Below are positions 10,497-20,880 of a stretch of DNA of 64,000 nucleotides, piece after piece. The first letter of the stretch is position 1; each line of letters opens with the position of its first letter. Below the pieces are notes generated by a model. It ran no database searches, was not told the DNA's origin, and was given only the letters and a program-made list of their open reading frames with translations. This DNA comes from an uncultured bacterium (GTDB taxonomy: Bacteria > Planctomycetota > UBA1135 > GCA-002686595), in NCBI GenBank assembly GCA_943787795.1, contig CALSNU010000001.1:352001-416000 (forward strand), in the 5' to 3' direction. The translations under genes were made by a program, and so were the position numbers.

Positions 10497-12809
10497 ATGA
10501 CTTTCCGAATCCTCTTGTCTACGGCCACGGCCATGGCTCTTGTCGCCAGCGCCGGAGCGCAGGTGAATCAGTACGTCGGGCCCTCGGCGAATGCACCGTC
10601 GGGCAACCTCGACTTCGACACCCCCCCCGTTCCGTCCGGGCCGATCTCTGGCACCGACCCTGCGTTCACGAGCGCAGGCGTCACCTCAGTGACACAGATC
10701 GGTCTCGGGTGGGTTGCCGCTGGCGACACCACGTCCCCGGGCATCTCGAACAACGCTCTCCAGGGGCTCCTGTCCCAGAACGGCGTCATGTCGGTCGGCG
10801 GTGACACCGCCGGCACGCCCCTCGACAACCCCGGCGCCGGCGACGGCTGGGAGATCACGCTCGCCGCTCCGGTGCTGGAGTTCCAGTGCATCTTCACCGA
10901 CCAGGTGAACATGAACTACGACGTGGAGCTCCTCTCCGGCGGAGCCTCGATCGGCTTCGGGTCGTTCAACTACTCCGGTGGCTTCCCGAACCCGCCGCAC
11001 TTCTGGCGGGGCACCGGGGCCTTTGACACGATCCGCATCACCTTCCCCGGTGGGTCGGGCGGTGTCGGTATCGACGAGTGGTCCTGGAACAGCGGACCCG
11101 GCCCGCAGCCGCCGGCCAACGACGACTGCGCGAACGCGACGCCTGCAGCGGTGGGCTCGAACGCTTTCAACAACCTGTTCGCGACCGCGAGCACGGCCGG
11201 CTCGAGCTGCGGTGCTGATGCCGCGGACGTGTGGTTCTCCTTCACGGTTCCGAGCGCGGGCAACTACCGCTTCGAGACCTGCGGGTCCACGCTCGACACG
11301 GTCCTCGAGGTCTACTCGGGTGCCTGTGGATCGGCGACGTCGCTCGGCTGCAATGATGACGGCTGTGGCGCGCAGAGCCAGCTCGACCTCGTCGGACTGA
11401 GCGCCGGTGACAACCTCCTTATTCAGCTCGGCGGCTTCAACAACGCTCAGGGCGCGGGTTCCCTCGACATTTCGACATTCTCGGCCCTCGGGAACGATGA
11501 CTGCGGCGGGGCCACCCCGGTGGCCTTCGGCGGCAATCTGATCGACAACAACTTCGCGACGACGAGTGCCACGCTCTCCGGCTGTGGCGCCGACCAGTCC
11601 GACGTCTGGTACTCCTTCACGGTCGCGACGGCCGGGGACTACCGGTTCGAGACCTGCGGTTCGCTGTTTGACACCGTCATCGAGGTCTACACCGGGACCT
11701 GCGGCGCGCTTGTCTCCCAGGGGTGCAACGATGACGTCTGCGGCACGGGTAGCCGTGTGGACGTGCTCGGTTTGAACGCTGGCGAGGTCGTCCTTCTGCA
11801 GGTCGGCGGATTCGGTGGAGCCCAGGGCACGGGTACGCTCACGATCGGCAACCCGCCGCCCCCGCCCCCCGCCAACTGCGCGACGACGCTCTTCGCGTCG
11901 AACAACGGTGGTGCGATCGGCGGCGCCGTGTACTTCGACATGACGCTGACCCAGGCCTCGTCCTTCGCCGGCCTGCTCACCAACACGAGCGCGGCCTCCG
12001 GAACGCCGATTGGTGTGTCCGTCTACACCTGTGTCGGCTCCTCCGCGGGCCAGGAGACGAACCCCGGGGCCTGGACCCTGGTGGCAGAGGATGACGGTTC
12101 GCCGATCAGCTTGGGGGATGACGTCGAGACCCCGGTGACCTTCGTGGCACCGTTCTCGCTTCCCGCGGGCCTCACGGGCATCGCTGTCGTGGGTGACAAC
12201 TTCACCACCGGCCTTCAGATGGACCACGACTACACCAACGGCAACGGCGCGAACCAGAACTTCGTGAGCGCCGATGGCGTGGTGACCCTGGACCTCGGGA
12301 CGGCGTCGAACGTGCCGTTCACTGGCGGGGTCTTCAGTCCCCGGGTGTGGAACGGGCAGTTCTGCCACGGTGGCGCTGTGGCGCCGGGCTCGAACTACTG
12401 CACGGCGAACGTCAACTCGACGGGCGTCGCGGGATCCATGGGCGCGTCGGGCTCCAACATCGTGGGCAACAACGACCTCGTGCTGGAGGCGAACGACCTC
12501 CCGGTGAGCTCGTTCGGCTTCTTCCTGACCTCGATGACCCAGGGCTTCGTTGCGAACCCCGGGGGCAGCCAGGGCAACCTCTGCCTCGGCGGCGCCATCG
12601 GGCGCTACGTCGGGCCGGGCCAGATTCAGAACTCCGGTTCTGCTGGCTCGATCGTCCTCGCCATCGACAACACCCAGGTGCCGCAGCCCACGGGCCTCGT
12701 GGCCGTCGTCACGGGTGAGACCTGGAACTTCCAGGCCTGGCACCGGGACGCCGTCATGGGCTCGGCGACGAGCAACTTCACCGACGGGTACGAGATCACC
12801 TTCCAGTGA
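10497..12809 (+). CDS. Large secreted multidomain protein with two Cys-rich PPC-like repeats and shared C-terminal domain
   Basis: Sec signal peptide (..ASAGA|Q); two ~125 aa repeats 'NDDC..ATP...DVW.SFTV..AG.YRFETCGS..DTV.EVY.G.CG...CNDD.CG'; Gly/Asn/Thr-rich. Confidence 0.88.
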   Translation: MTFRILLSTATAMALVASAGAQVNQYVGPSANAPSGNLDFDTPPVPSGPISGTDPAFTSAGVTSVTQIGLGWVAAGDTTSPGISNNALQGLLSQNGVMSVGGDTAGTPLDNPGAGDGWEITLAAPVLEFQCIFTDQVNMNYDVELLSGGASIGFGSFNYSGGFPNPPHFWRGTGAFDTIRITFPGGSGGVGIDEWSWNSGPGPQPPANDDCANATPAAVGSNAFNNLFATASTAGSSCGADAADVWFSFTVPSAGNYRFETCGSTLDTVLEVYSGACGSATSLGCNDDGCGAQSQLDLVGLSAGDNLLIQLGGFNNAQGAGSLDISTFSALGNDDCGGATPVAFGGNLIDNNFATTSATLSGCGADQSDVWYSFTVATAGDYRFETCGSLFDTVIEVYTGTCGALVSQGCNDDVCGTGSRVDVLGLNAGEVVLLQVGGFGGAQGTGTLTIGNPPPPPPANCATTLFASNNGGAIGGAVYFDMTLTQASSFAGLLTNTSAASGTPIGVSVYTCVGSSAGQETNPGAWTLVAEDDGSPISLGDDVETPVTFVAPFSLPAGLTGIAVVGDNFTTGLQMDHDYTNGNGANQNFVSADGVVTLDLGTASNVPFTGGVFSPRVWNGQFCHGGAVAPGSNYCTANVNSTGVAGSMGASGSNIVGNNDLVLEANDLPVSSFGFFLTSMTQGFVANPGGSQGNLCLGGAIGRYVGPGQIQNSGSAGSIVLAIDNTQVPQPTGLVAVVTGETWNFQAWHRDAVMGSATSNFTDGYEITFQ

Positions 12810-12924
12810 TCCCCGCCCCGGGCGCCTCGGCGCCTGATGCTCGCCCCCGCCCTATCCCCAGAGGATGGAGCGGGGGCGACCTTCGTTGGGGGCAGCTCGA
12901 GGGACCGGGAGAGGTCCAGCTGTA

Positions 12925-12984
12925 GCTGCTCTGGAGGGGGCTGCTCTGGAGGGCGTTGCCTCGGAAGGGGCTGCCCTGGAAGGC
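12925..12984. repeat. 15-bp degenerate tandem repeat x4 (GCTGCTCTGGAGGGG)
   Basis: Lies between convergent gene ends. Confidence 0.7.
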
Positions 12985-13089
12985 CCCGCGGCTCACTCGG
13001 TGGGAGGGGGCAACGCAGCGTCCCGAGGCGGCGTCCCGGCGCGGACTGTGTTCAGAACCGGGGTCTTGGGTTCATCGCGGTGCGCAGGC

Positions 13090-13761
13090 TCAGCGTTGGT
13101 CCTTGGGCGCTGGCGCTTCAAGCTCCGTGGCCGTGCTCGAGCGCGGCACGTCCGAGGGGGGAGGAGCCGTTCCCAGGAGCCGGTCGAGCAGCGGGTGGGT
13201 GACGCCGAACCAGTACCGCTCGTTCTTGAAGTGGTGCCAGAGGTGCTGGCGCTTCATGGATCGGCCCCAGGAGGTCCTCGGGCGATAGGGGACATGGGCG
13301 GCGAAGTGGGCGAGCTCGTAGGCCCCGAAGGCCAGACTGAAGCCCAACAGGGTGGGGAGCACCCCGGAGGGTCCCCCGATCGCGGCTCCCGCGGCGGCCG
13401 CCAGCAGGTGGAGGGCGAGCGCGCCCCACAGTGGCACCGTGAGGTTTGTGAAGTCCGTGGGGGCCTCGTGGTGCCGCCAGTGGAGGCGGTAGTGAAGGGC
13501 ACGCAGGCGGGCTCCCTTCGGCACCGGCATGTGCAGCAGCCAGCGGTGGAGGACGACCTCGAGAGTGAACCAGAGCAGCGCCCCGGCGCCGGCCATGGAG
13601 AGGAAATCCCACGGGGACAGGTCGATGACGGAGTCGGAGGCTCCTACGAGGGACGCCACGATCCCGATCAGGATGAGCGCCCACACCCTCACCTCCGGTA
13701 GGCGGGATGCTCTGGCGAGCAGCGTCGCCACGGTCCAACTTCCGGCGTGCTGCACGCTCAC
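13090..13761 (-). CDS. Sterol desaturase / fatty acid hydroxylase family membrane protein
   Basis: His boxes HRWLLH, HWRHH, HFAAH, HLWHH; FGVT..DRLLGT tail. Confidence 0.9.
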   Translation of the reverse strand: MSVQHAGSWTVATLLARASRLPEVRVWALILIGIVASLVGASDSVIDLSPWDFLSMAGAGALLWFTLEVVLHRWLLHMPVPKGARLRALHYRLHWRHHEAPTDFTNLTVPLWGALALHLLAAAAGAAIGGPSGVLPTLLGFSLAFGAYELAHFAAHVPYRPRTSWGRSMKRQHLWHHFKNERYWFGVTHPLLDRLLGTAPPPSDVPRSSTATELEAPAPKDQR

Positions 13762-13876
13762 CGGCCTGGGGTCATGGACGCCACGCTCATCGAGTCAGCG
13801 GTCACGCCTCATTGGGTGGGAGAAGGCCATGTTCATGAGTCCAGTGCTCAAGGGGTCGGCGCCGCGTGCGGCCAAG

Positions 13877-14569
13877 TCACAGGTCGAGGCCGAAGTTGGT
13901 CCAGACGGCGTCGAAGTGCCGCTGGACCTCCGCCCTCGAGCCGAAGTAGACAGGGTAATCCGATACGAGGCGGTGGCCCGCGCACCCGTTCGTCCCCTCG
14001 TTGGAGAAGAGGTGATTCCAGGTGTTCACGTGGAGGACTGGGCGCCCATCCTCGAGGTCGAAGCGCTCCCAGGGGATGGTCGCCGAGAAGTGGCGGGCGA
14101 GGAGGACATTCCAGCGCTGGTCGCCGCTGTAGGTGCCTGGGAAGCGGATCGCCGCGGGAGCGTCCTGCCGGACGGGGTCGAGTTCGATCACCAGGGTCTC
14201 CACGTCAGCGATCCGGCGATAGCCCGAGCGGCCCCTTGAACGGCGGAGGAACGGAAACGTCCTGGACGGCTCCACGAGGCCGAACCAGCGCTGGGCGTCG
14301 TAGAGCTGGTCCACGCCAGGGATGGGGTGGTCCTCGTCCGCGGTCACCACGTGCAGCTCCGCCGCAGCCGAGCCCTTCAGATCCACGAAGACCGCGAGGA
14401 TCGGGCAGTCGTCGTCCGCCGTCGGGACCCGGAAGACGGGGAGCGGGAAGGGCAAGCTCCCGGTGTCGGCCCGGGCGCAGGACCGGGCAAAGTCCGGGCT
14501 GGGACAGCTCACCGGAGGTCCGAAGGCCAGGAAGGCGATCAGGAGAAGGGCGTGGTGGGGGAGGAGCAC
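13877..14569 (-). CDS. Hypothetical exported protein
   Basis: Hydrophobic N-terminus after GTG 14569; plausible globular sequence (DEDHP, GRPVLHVNTWNHLF); start uncertain. Confidence 0.6.
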   Translation of the reverse strand: MLLPHHALLLIAFLAFGPPVSCPSPDFARSCARADTGSLPFPLPVFRVPTADDDCPILAVFVDLKGSAAAELHVVTADEDHPIPGVDQLYDAQRWFGLVEPSRTFPFLRRSRGRSGYRRIADVETLVIELDPVRQDAPAAIRFPGTYSGDQRWNVLLARHFSATIPWERFDLEDGRPVLHVNTWNHLFSNEGTNGCAGHRLVSDYPVYFGSRAEVQRHFDAVWTNFGLDL

Positions 14570-14839
14570 GTTGAGGGAGCCTTGAGAGGTCAAGCTACCA
14601 ACCGGTGCTCTTGGCAGTGCGCTTCCTCCCAGGACGCCGCGCAATTCGAGGCTCCCCCTTCAGGTCCATCGCCAGGAGAGCCGAACCCTCAGGGGCCGGC
14701 CCAGGGCGGGTCCAGAATTGAGGCCCTCAGGGAATACACTCATGAAATTTGGGCGACCGCGACTTGCAAGCAGCGGTTCCGGGTATGCTCTAGGACCTCG
14801 CACCTTTCATTTCTGCCGCGAGTGTTCCCTTTCACTGCC

Positions 14840-15118
14840 ATGTCTTTGAAGTCTTCCTCGGCGCCCCGCAAGCGCCTTCAACGATCCGCTCTCATCATCG
14901 GTGGCGCGCTCCTGCTCGTCACCGCGGTCGAGGCTCAGTCCAGGCAGAACCTGTCACGCATGAACCTGCGCCAGGCGATGCTTCGGTTTCAGACCTCCAA
15001 CGCGACGGGCGGCAATGGCGGCTCCACGGGTGGAAACGGCGGTGTGATCACAGGTGGTCGCCCTCGGCCCCTCTCCCGCCAGATCGTGATCAACCCCGGC
15101 GTCGCCCCGCCGCCCTGA
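14840..15118 (+). CDS. Small (92 aa) putative secreted protein with Gly-rich segment
   Basis: Basic N-region, hydrophobic core, AVEA|Q cleavage-like site, TGGNGG repeats. Confidence 0.55.
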   Translation: MSLKSSSAPRKRLQRSALIIGGALLLVTAVEAQSRQNLSRMNLRQAMLRFQTSNATGGNGGSTGGNGGVITGGRPRPLSRQIVINPGVAPPP

Positions 15119-15142
15119 TCCAACCGAGCACCCGTCGGCCTG

Positions 15143-16069
15143 ATGGCCAACGGCAAGGCCTCCACATTCAGGACCTTTCCCTTTCGGGGCGAGGTCCTGA
15201 AGCATAGTAGGCTGTACTGCGGACTCGCCACGATCGGACTTGCTGCCACACCCGCTCCGTTGAAGCCCCCCTCCAAGATCGCCGCCCTCTTCGGTGAGGA
15301 TCACGGAACAGTCGACGCGTTCGGCCTGACCCTCGTCGGGGGCCCGCTATCAGGCGACTCCCCGACGGCGTGTGCGATCAGCGCCGGCGGGGTCGGGATG
15401 CTGAGGAGAAAGGGAGCCTCCGCCGTGCTCAATGAGGACTGCGCGTTCGCCTTCGACGATGGGCGACGGGTGATCCACGCGATCGCCGATGGGCATCACG
15501 GGCATGAGGCCAGTCATCGGACGGTGGAGTTGCTGGCTGCCATGGTGGAAGGCTCGAAGGGGCTCATCACGCCCGAGGAGGCCCTCGCTCAGCTGCATGC
15601 GCTCTGGCTGGAGGCGGGCGGAGAGGCGGAGGCCGAGGGGGATGGGTCCCGTTGCACGTTGGCGATTCTCTCCATCGACCGTGGAGAGGGCGTCTTGGAG
15701 GGCGTCTGCCTCGGCGACTCAGGCATCTTCGTGGGCAACATGGAGGTCGGGATCCGTCGCGTGGTTCCACCGAATACCTTCTACATGGCCCCGTGGGATC
15801 GGGGGTCCCACGGCATTCCGCCAAGCACTCACTTCAAGGTCCCCGTCCGGAGCGGGGACTGGGTCCTGACCTGCTCGGATGGGATCCACGAGTGCAGGTA
15901 CGAGACGCCGGACGAGTCCATCGGGGCAGAGGAGCTCGAGTCGCTCATGATTCGTGCCGGGCGGAGCCCCGAGGCCCTCGTGGAGTCTGCGGTGATGCTG
16001 GCGCTCGCCGGCGTTCGCGGCCATCAGGGCGGCGAAGACAACCTGGCGCTGGTGGCCTCCATCGCCTGA
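15143..16069 (+). CDS. PP2C/PPM-family protein phosphatase
   Basis: NED, AIADG..G, LGDSG, CSDG, EDNLA motifs; true start may be downstream (~15260). Confidence 0.85.
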   Translation: MANGKASTFRTFPFRGEVLKHSRLYCGLATIGLAATPAPLKPPSKIAALFGEDHGTVDAFGLTLVGGPLSGDSPTACAISAGGVGMLRRKGASAVLNEDCAFAFDDGRRVIHAIADGHHGHEASHRTVELLAAMVEGSKGLITPEEALAQLHALWLEAGGEAEAEGDGSRCTLAILSIDRGEGVLEGVCLGDSGIFVGNMEVGIRRVVPPNTFYMAPWDRGSHGIPPSTHFKVPVRSGDWVLTCSDGIHECRYETPDESIGAEELESLMIRAGRSPEALVESAVMLALAGVRGHQGGEDNLALVASIA

Positions 16070-16304
16070 TCGCCTCTGCTACTACGGCTCGGACGCGGGC
16101 GGGGACCGTGCCCACCTTCGATACGCTCCGACGAGCGGCGCGGGCGTCCACGGCGAGCGGCGCCCGGAGCTCCACAGCATGTTAGCTTTGAATCTGCCAC
16201 CGGGGATCTCATCCGCGCCCTTGAGTCCCGACCCGAAACACTGATGCCAGTTTGGCCACCGAAGGCCAACGCTCGACGCGCGTGCGACCGCACGACCCAC
16301 TGCC

Positions 16305-18761
16305 ATGACGAACCAAGACGTTCAGGCCTCCAGCTTCGACGCCCCCGGAGATTCCGGCGGTGATGGACAGTTCGGAGAGTCGGACCTCTCCCTCCGCGGC
16401 CTCTTTGTCACCGCCTGGAGGGGGCGGTGGATCCTGCTCATCGCGACGGGGCTTGGGCTCGCCGCCGGCATCAAGCAGGTTGAGAAGGCGGTTGACGTCT
16501 GGAGAGCTCAGGCCACCGTGGTGATCTTGAACGGGAACCGGTCCTCGGAATACGTGGATGGGTTCATCGGAGGCGAGAGCGCGTTCATGAACACTCAGGC
16601 GCAGGTGCTGAAGTCGACCAGCCTCCTCCAGGCGGTCGCAGCACGCCCAGAGGTTGCCTTGGGCGCAACGGTGAGTCGTGCCAGCAACAAGGTGGCATTC
16701 CTTCGCAAGGGGGTCTCGGTGAACCCGGGGACCGGCACCGACATCATGACCGTCTCCATGCGCTCAACGGATGTGGACGAGGCCTGCGTCGTGGTCAACA
16801 CGGTGGTGGAGGAGTACCGGCTGCAGGTCGATCGCCAGGTCGCGTCATCAATCAGCGGCACGCTCAAGGTCTACGAGGAGCAGCGTACGATCCTGATGTC
16901 GGACCTCAAGCAGGCGCGCCTCGAGCGGGATGAGTTCCTCGCGGCCAATTCGATGGTGGCGCTGGACCCGGAGAGCGTGGGGCAGTTCGAGATCGAGCGG
17001 CTCAATCAATTCAGGACTGCGCTAGATGTCGCCGAGCGGAGAGCCTCGGAGCTGGCTGCCCGGGTCGAGGAGGCGGAGCTCTTGCGCGGAGACCTCCAAC
17101 TGCTTCGTGCCTTCGCCGGCGGCGGCTCGGGCGCCACCTCGGGGGCTCCCGTCGAGCCAGAGTTCGTGAAGCTCCTTGAGGATATTGGCGCAGCAGAGGC
17201 GGACTTGGAGCGCCTGAGGGATCAGCGACGTGAGGCCATTCGGGTCATGAAGATGACGCCCAGGCATGAGGCGATCGTCGAACTGGACGGACGCATCGCT
17301 GAGGTCGCGGAGCGCCTGGCCCGGTATGTCGGCGAGAGGGACGGGTCGACCTCCTCTTCGGTCAACAGCAGTGAGCGTGTCGAGAAGATCTTTGGTGTTC
17401 TGCGGGCGCAGGCGAAGGCGGCAGAGGAACAGGTCGTTGAGGAGCAGAGGCGGGTGGATGCTCAGCGCTCGGTGGCTGCGACGGCCGGCGACCTGCAGGC
17501 AGAGTTCCGCAAGCTAGAGGGTGAGGTTCAGCGGGTCCAAGGGATGGTGGATGAGAAGTCCCAGGCGATCCGCAGCATCGATGTCGCGGCGGCACAGAAC
17601 GAGCGGCTCGCAGAGCTCTCCGTGGAGGTACTCGATCCAGCTCTGCCCGCCACCGCGACGCTAATCAGCTCCAAGACCACGCTGCTGGCCCAATATATTC
17701 TCCTAGGCCTGCTGGCTGGCGCCGGCCTGACGTGGCTGCGAGAGGTCCTGGACCAGCGTTTGCGCTCCGAGGCCGACCTCGCCCAGGCGGTCCGTGCGCC
17801 GCTTCTCGGGGTCCTCCCGAGGACCCGGATCGACCATGATTCCCTGGACGCGATCCGCTCCTGGTCCGAGCACGGGCCGCTCGCCGAGGGCGCCCGCGGC
17901 CTCCGGACAGCGGTCTACTTCCGGCTGCCCCCGGAGGCGGGCAAGGTGATTCATGTCACCTCGCCGGAGAAGGGGGACGGCAAGTCCACCACGTCGGCGT
18001 ACCTGGCCATCGCCATGGCCAAGGCTGGACAGTCGGTCATTCTGGTGGACGCAGACCTCCGCTCGCCCAGTCAGCAGCAAGTGTTCGGGCTCAGCAACAA
18101 GGTGGGGCTCTCGGATCTGCTCTCTGACGCCCGAGCGCTCCTCCCTGGCCTGATCCAGAAGACCGAGCTGGGGGGGCTGGAGATCATCACGACGGGGCCG
18201 ATCCCCTCTTCGCCTGCGGAGATGCTCAACAGCCGCCGTTTCGAGGAGATCCTCGCGGCCCTGGCGGAGGAGTACGACCGGGTCATCGTGGACTCGCCGC
18301 CGGCGCTGGCAGTGACGGACGCCAGGATCGTCGCCGCACGTTGTGACGCCACGGTCCTCGTGGCTCGGGTGGACAAGTCGAAGCGTGACGTCATCTCCGC
18401 GGCGGCTGACAGCCTCCAGTCCGTCGGAGCCCGCCTGCTTGGCGTGGTGATGAATGCGATGCCCGCGGGCATCGGCTACGGCTACGGCTACGGCTACGGC
18501 TACGGCTACGGCTACGGATATGGTTATGGGTACGGAGAGGAGGCACAACCAAGCGCCGAGCAGCCCCTCCAGGCGTGGCAGGCCTCGGATGGAGCGGGGA
18601 GGTTCGTGAGCGGCCTCGCATCAGAGGGCCGGAAGGGCGGCTCCCCAGCGGACGACGCCACCGATTCCGGGCCGACCGAAGAGGGCAAGCCGGATGGGCC
18701 CCGAAGGGTTGACGTTGCCCCCTCGACCCGGCGTCGAGGATCGAAGGGCGGACCGTCATGA
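16305..18761 (+). CDS. wzc: Polysaccharide co-polymerase / tyrosine autokinase (Wzc-like)
   Basis: Two TM segments around a periplasmic coiled coil; Walker A SPEKGDGKST, A' VDADLR, B VIVDSPP; C-terminal Tyr cluster. Confidence 0.92.
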   Translation: MTNQDVQASSFDAPGDSGGDGQFGESDLSLRGLFVTAWRGRWILLIATGLGLAAGIKQVEKAVDVWRAQATVVILNGNRSSEYVDGFIGGESAFMNTQAQVLKSTSLLQAVAARPEVALGATVSRASNKVAFLRKGVSVNPGTGTDIMTVSMRSTDVDEACVVVNTVVEEYRLQVDRQVASSISGTLKVYEEQRTILMSDLKQARLERDEFLAANSMVALDPESVGQFEIERLNQFRTALDVAERRASELAARVEEAELLRGDLQLLRAFAGGGSGATSGAPVEPEFVKLLEDIGAAEADLERLRDQRREAIRVMKMTPRHEAIVELDGRIAEVAERLARYVGERDGSTSSSVNSSERVEKIFGVLRAQAKAAEEQVVEEQRRVDAQRSVAATAGDLQAEFRKLEGEVQRVQGMVDEKSQAIRSIDVAAAQNERLAELSVEVLDPALPATATLISSKTTLLAQYILLGLLAGAGLTWLREVLDQRLRSEADLAQAVRAPLLGVLPRTRIDHDSLDAIRSWSEHGPLAEGARGLRTAVYFRLPPEAGKVIHVTSPEKGDGKSTTSAYLAIAMAKAGQSVILVDADLRSPSQQQVFGLSNKVGLSDLLSDARALLPGLIQKTELGGLEIITTGPIPSSPAEMLNSRRFEEILAALAEEYDRVIVDSPPALAVTDARIVAARCDATVLVARVDKSKRDVISAAADSLQSVGARLLGVVMNAMPAGIGYGYGYGYGYGYGYGYGYGYGEEAQPSAEQPLQAWQASDGAGRFVSGLASEGRKGGSPADDATDSGPTEEGKPDGPRRVDVAPSTRRRGSKGGPS
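18474..18533 (+). repeat. (GGCTAC)7 plus 3 synonymous units encoding (Gly-Tyr)10
   Basis: Read directly from the sequence. Confidence 0.95.
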
Positions 18762-18837
18762 TCTCTCCCCGAGCGATGTGTTCCCGCTGACACGCCTCCC
18801 CCTCCGCTGAACCACCCGCAGCTGCCTCCTGCCAATC

Positions 18838-20343
18838 ATGTCGCTCTTCCTTGCCCTCCCGGTCTTCGCCTTCATCGCGGCGCTCCTGTTGACGCCGGTG
18901 ACGAGTCTGGTCGCGCGTCGGTACGGCTGGGTCGATCATCCGGGGTTGAGGAAAATCCACCATGAACCGGTGGCGTACCTCGGTGGAGCCGCGGTCATGG
19001 GGGGCTTTCTCTTGACGCTGGCCGCAGCGCCCTGGCTACCGGGCCTCGACCGTCTCGAGATCACGGTGGACCGTCAGCTGCTCGCGATCCTCCTCGGTGG
19101 CCTGATCATGTTCGCGGTCGGCCTGCGGGACGACATCCAGCGCCTCGGCGCTTTGACGAAGCTCGCGGCTCAGTTGGCGGCAGCGGGCCTCGTGCTCCTC
19201 AGCGGCGTCTCCATCGACGGGATCTGGCTCACCGAGTCGACGCGTCTGGACTTCGGGGTGTTCGGCATGGCGCTGACGGTGGTCTGGATCGTGGGGGCCA
19301 CCAACGCCATCAACATTATCGATGGGCTGGACAGCCTCTCGAGCGGCCTTAGCGTCCTCGCCTGCGCCGCCATCTCGTGGGTCGCCTTCCAGCAGGGGCA
19401 GGTCGCGGCCGGGCTCATGACCGTGGCCCTGATGGGGGCAATTGGCGGGTTCATGCCCCACAACCTCCATCCCGCCCGGGTCTTCCTTGGAGACGCCGGG
19501 AGCCTCTCCATCGGGTTTGTCTTGTCGGCAACAGCGGCGCTCGTTGCCTCCAGGGCGACGAGCCTTACGGGCTTCTCCGTCCCGCTCGTGGCACTCGGGA
19601 TTCCGATCATGGATACGAGCTTTGCCATGTCCCGGCGCTTCATCGAAGGGCGCTCGATGATGTCGGCTGACCGCAATCACATTCACCACCGGCTGATCAA
19701 GATCGGGCACGGGCAGCGCAGGGCGGTGGCGACCATCTGCGGCACCTCCCTCCTCGCGATCTCCGTCGTTGTCCTATGTCCGCTCCTTGGGCCCGAGCTG
19801 GAACTGGCTTCGCTCGCGGTCTCCCTCCTGATCCTGGGAGTCTTGTTCAGTAAGGCTGGGGCAATCAGGATCAAGGAGTCGCTGGAGGCGTTCCGCCAGG
19901 TCGCGTCGTCGGCGAGGTCCGTCAATGACGAGAAGCAGGCTCTGGACGAGCTGGCGCTCGCCTTCAAGGAGACGAAGTCTCTCGAGGAGTGGTGGGGCGT
20001 GGTGACCGCGGCGGCTGACGTGCTCGGCTTCGCAGAGCTGGCCATGGAGGGGGAGCGCCGCGACGGAAGTCCTTTCGCGCTCCTCTGGGAGCGGGAGGGC
20101 GAGGACATCGAGTCTGCCCCTCAGGGATTTGTGACGAGGATCCAGATCCCGGTCAATGATCGACGCGAAGGGTCTTGTCTGGTTCTCAAGGCTGCGGTCT
20201 CCCATGACTCGGAGACGGCGACGCTGGGTCGAAGGCTCGCGCTCTTCCACCCCTTCCTCTCGTTCAATGGGCTGGAGCGTCTGCCAGAACCAGAGGGCCC
20301 GGCCAGGTCCGCGGGTCCTGCTCCGAGCTTGGCGAGCCGCTAG
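18838..20343 (+). CDS. wecA: Undecaprenyl-phosphate GlcNAc-1-phosphate transferase (WecA/MraY family) with C-terminal extension
   Basis: RKIH..P..LGG, GLRDD, NAINIIDGLD, FLGDAGS, ADRNHIHH. Confidence 0.9.
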   Translation: MSLFLALPVFAFIAALLLTPVTSLVARRYGWVDHPGLRKIHHEPVAYLGGAAVMGGFLLTLAAAPWLPGLDRLEITVDRQLLAILLGGLIMFAVGLRDDIQRLGALTKLAAQLAAAGLVLLSGVSIDGIWLTESTRLDFGVFGMALTVVWIVGATNAINIIDGLDSLSSGLSVLACAAISWVAFQQGQVAAGLMTVALMGAIGGFMPHNLHPARVFLGDAGSLSIGFVLSATAALVASRATSLTGFSVPLVALGIPIMDTSFAMSRRFIEGRSMMSADRNHIHHRLIKIGHGQRRAVATICGTSLLAISVVVLCPLLGPELELASLAVSLLILGVLFSKAGAIRIKESLEAFRQVASSARSVNDEKQALDELALAFKETKSLEEWWGVVTAAADVLGFAELAMEGERRDGSPFALLWEREGEDIESAPQGFVTRIQIPVNDRREGSCLVLKAAVSHDSETATLGRRLALFHPFLSFNGLERLPEPEGPARSAGPAPSLASR

Positions 20344-20880
20344 GCTTGGTTTAGAGGGGCGGTCCGAAGAATGGTGCGGCTCGAAGTGGGGTGTTTGGGT
20401 CAAGCTGATGGAAGGCGAGATCGGCGTCTGGGGAGTGGTACACCCCCGGAGGCGCGAGCCTGCGCCCCGACGGGGGCGCTCTCATTTCGCTGGCGCCGGC
20501 GAATGAAGAGTCACGGCCCTGGCGGGCACGATGCTCCGACCCCAGAGCAGCCATCGGCTGCGCTGCCTTCCATGTGGACCGTTCCATGCGGGCTCAGAAG
20601 GTCTGGAATGCAGCTGCAGCACTCGTCCTCGAGCTCCATGTTTCGTTCAGCAGTCCCGAAGGGGCTCCGTCGGCCTTCGAGGTCGGGCCGGATGGGGATG
20701 GACCAGGATTCTGAACGCCTTTGGGTGACCATCGGCGGCGGCAGCGCGGACGCCGCATTCCTAGGACGCTTCGTTGCGGCAAGCGAACGGAGCAGACCAA
20801 CCGTCCTCACACCTGACCGTCGATGCGGGCCCCTTCCAATGGCCCGAGTCGAGACCCAGGACGCTCGACCAGGATGGCGG

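Noticed and set aside
20344..20880. Small ORFs or ncRNA between wecA and wza
   Set aside because: Several overlapping short ORFs without motifs and no recognisable RNA family; left unannotated
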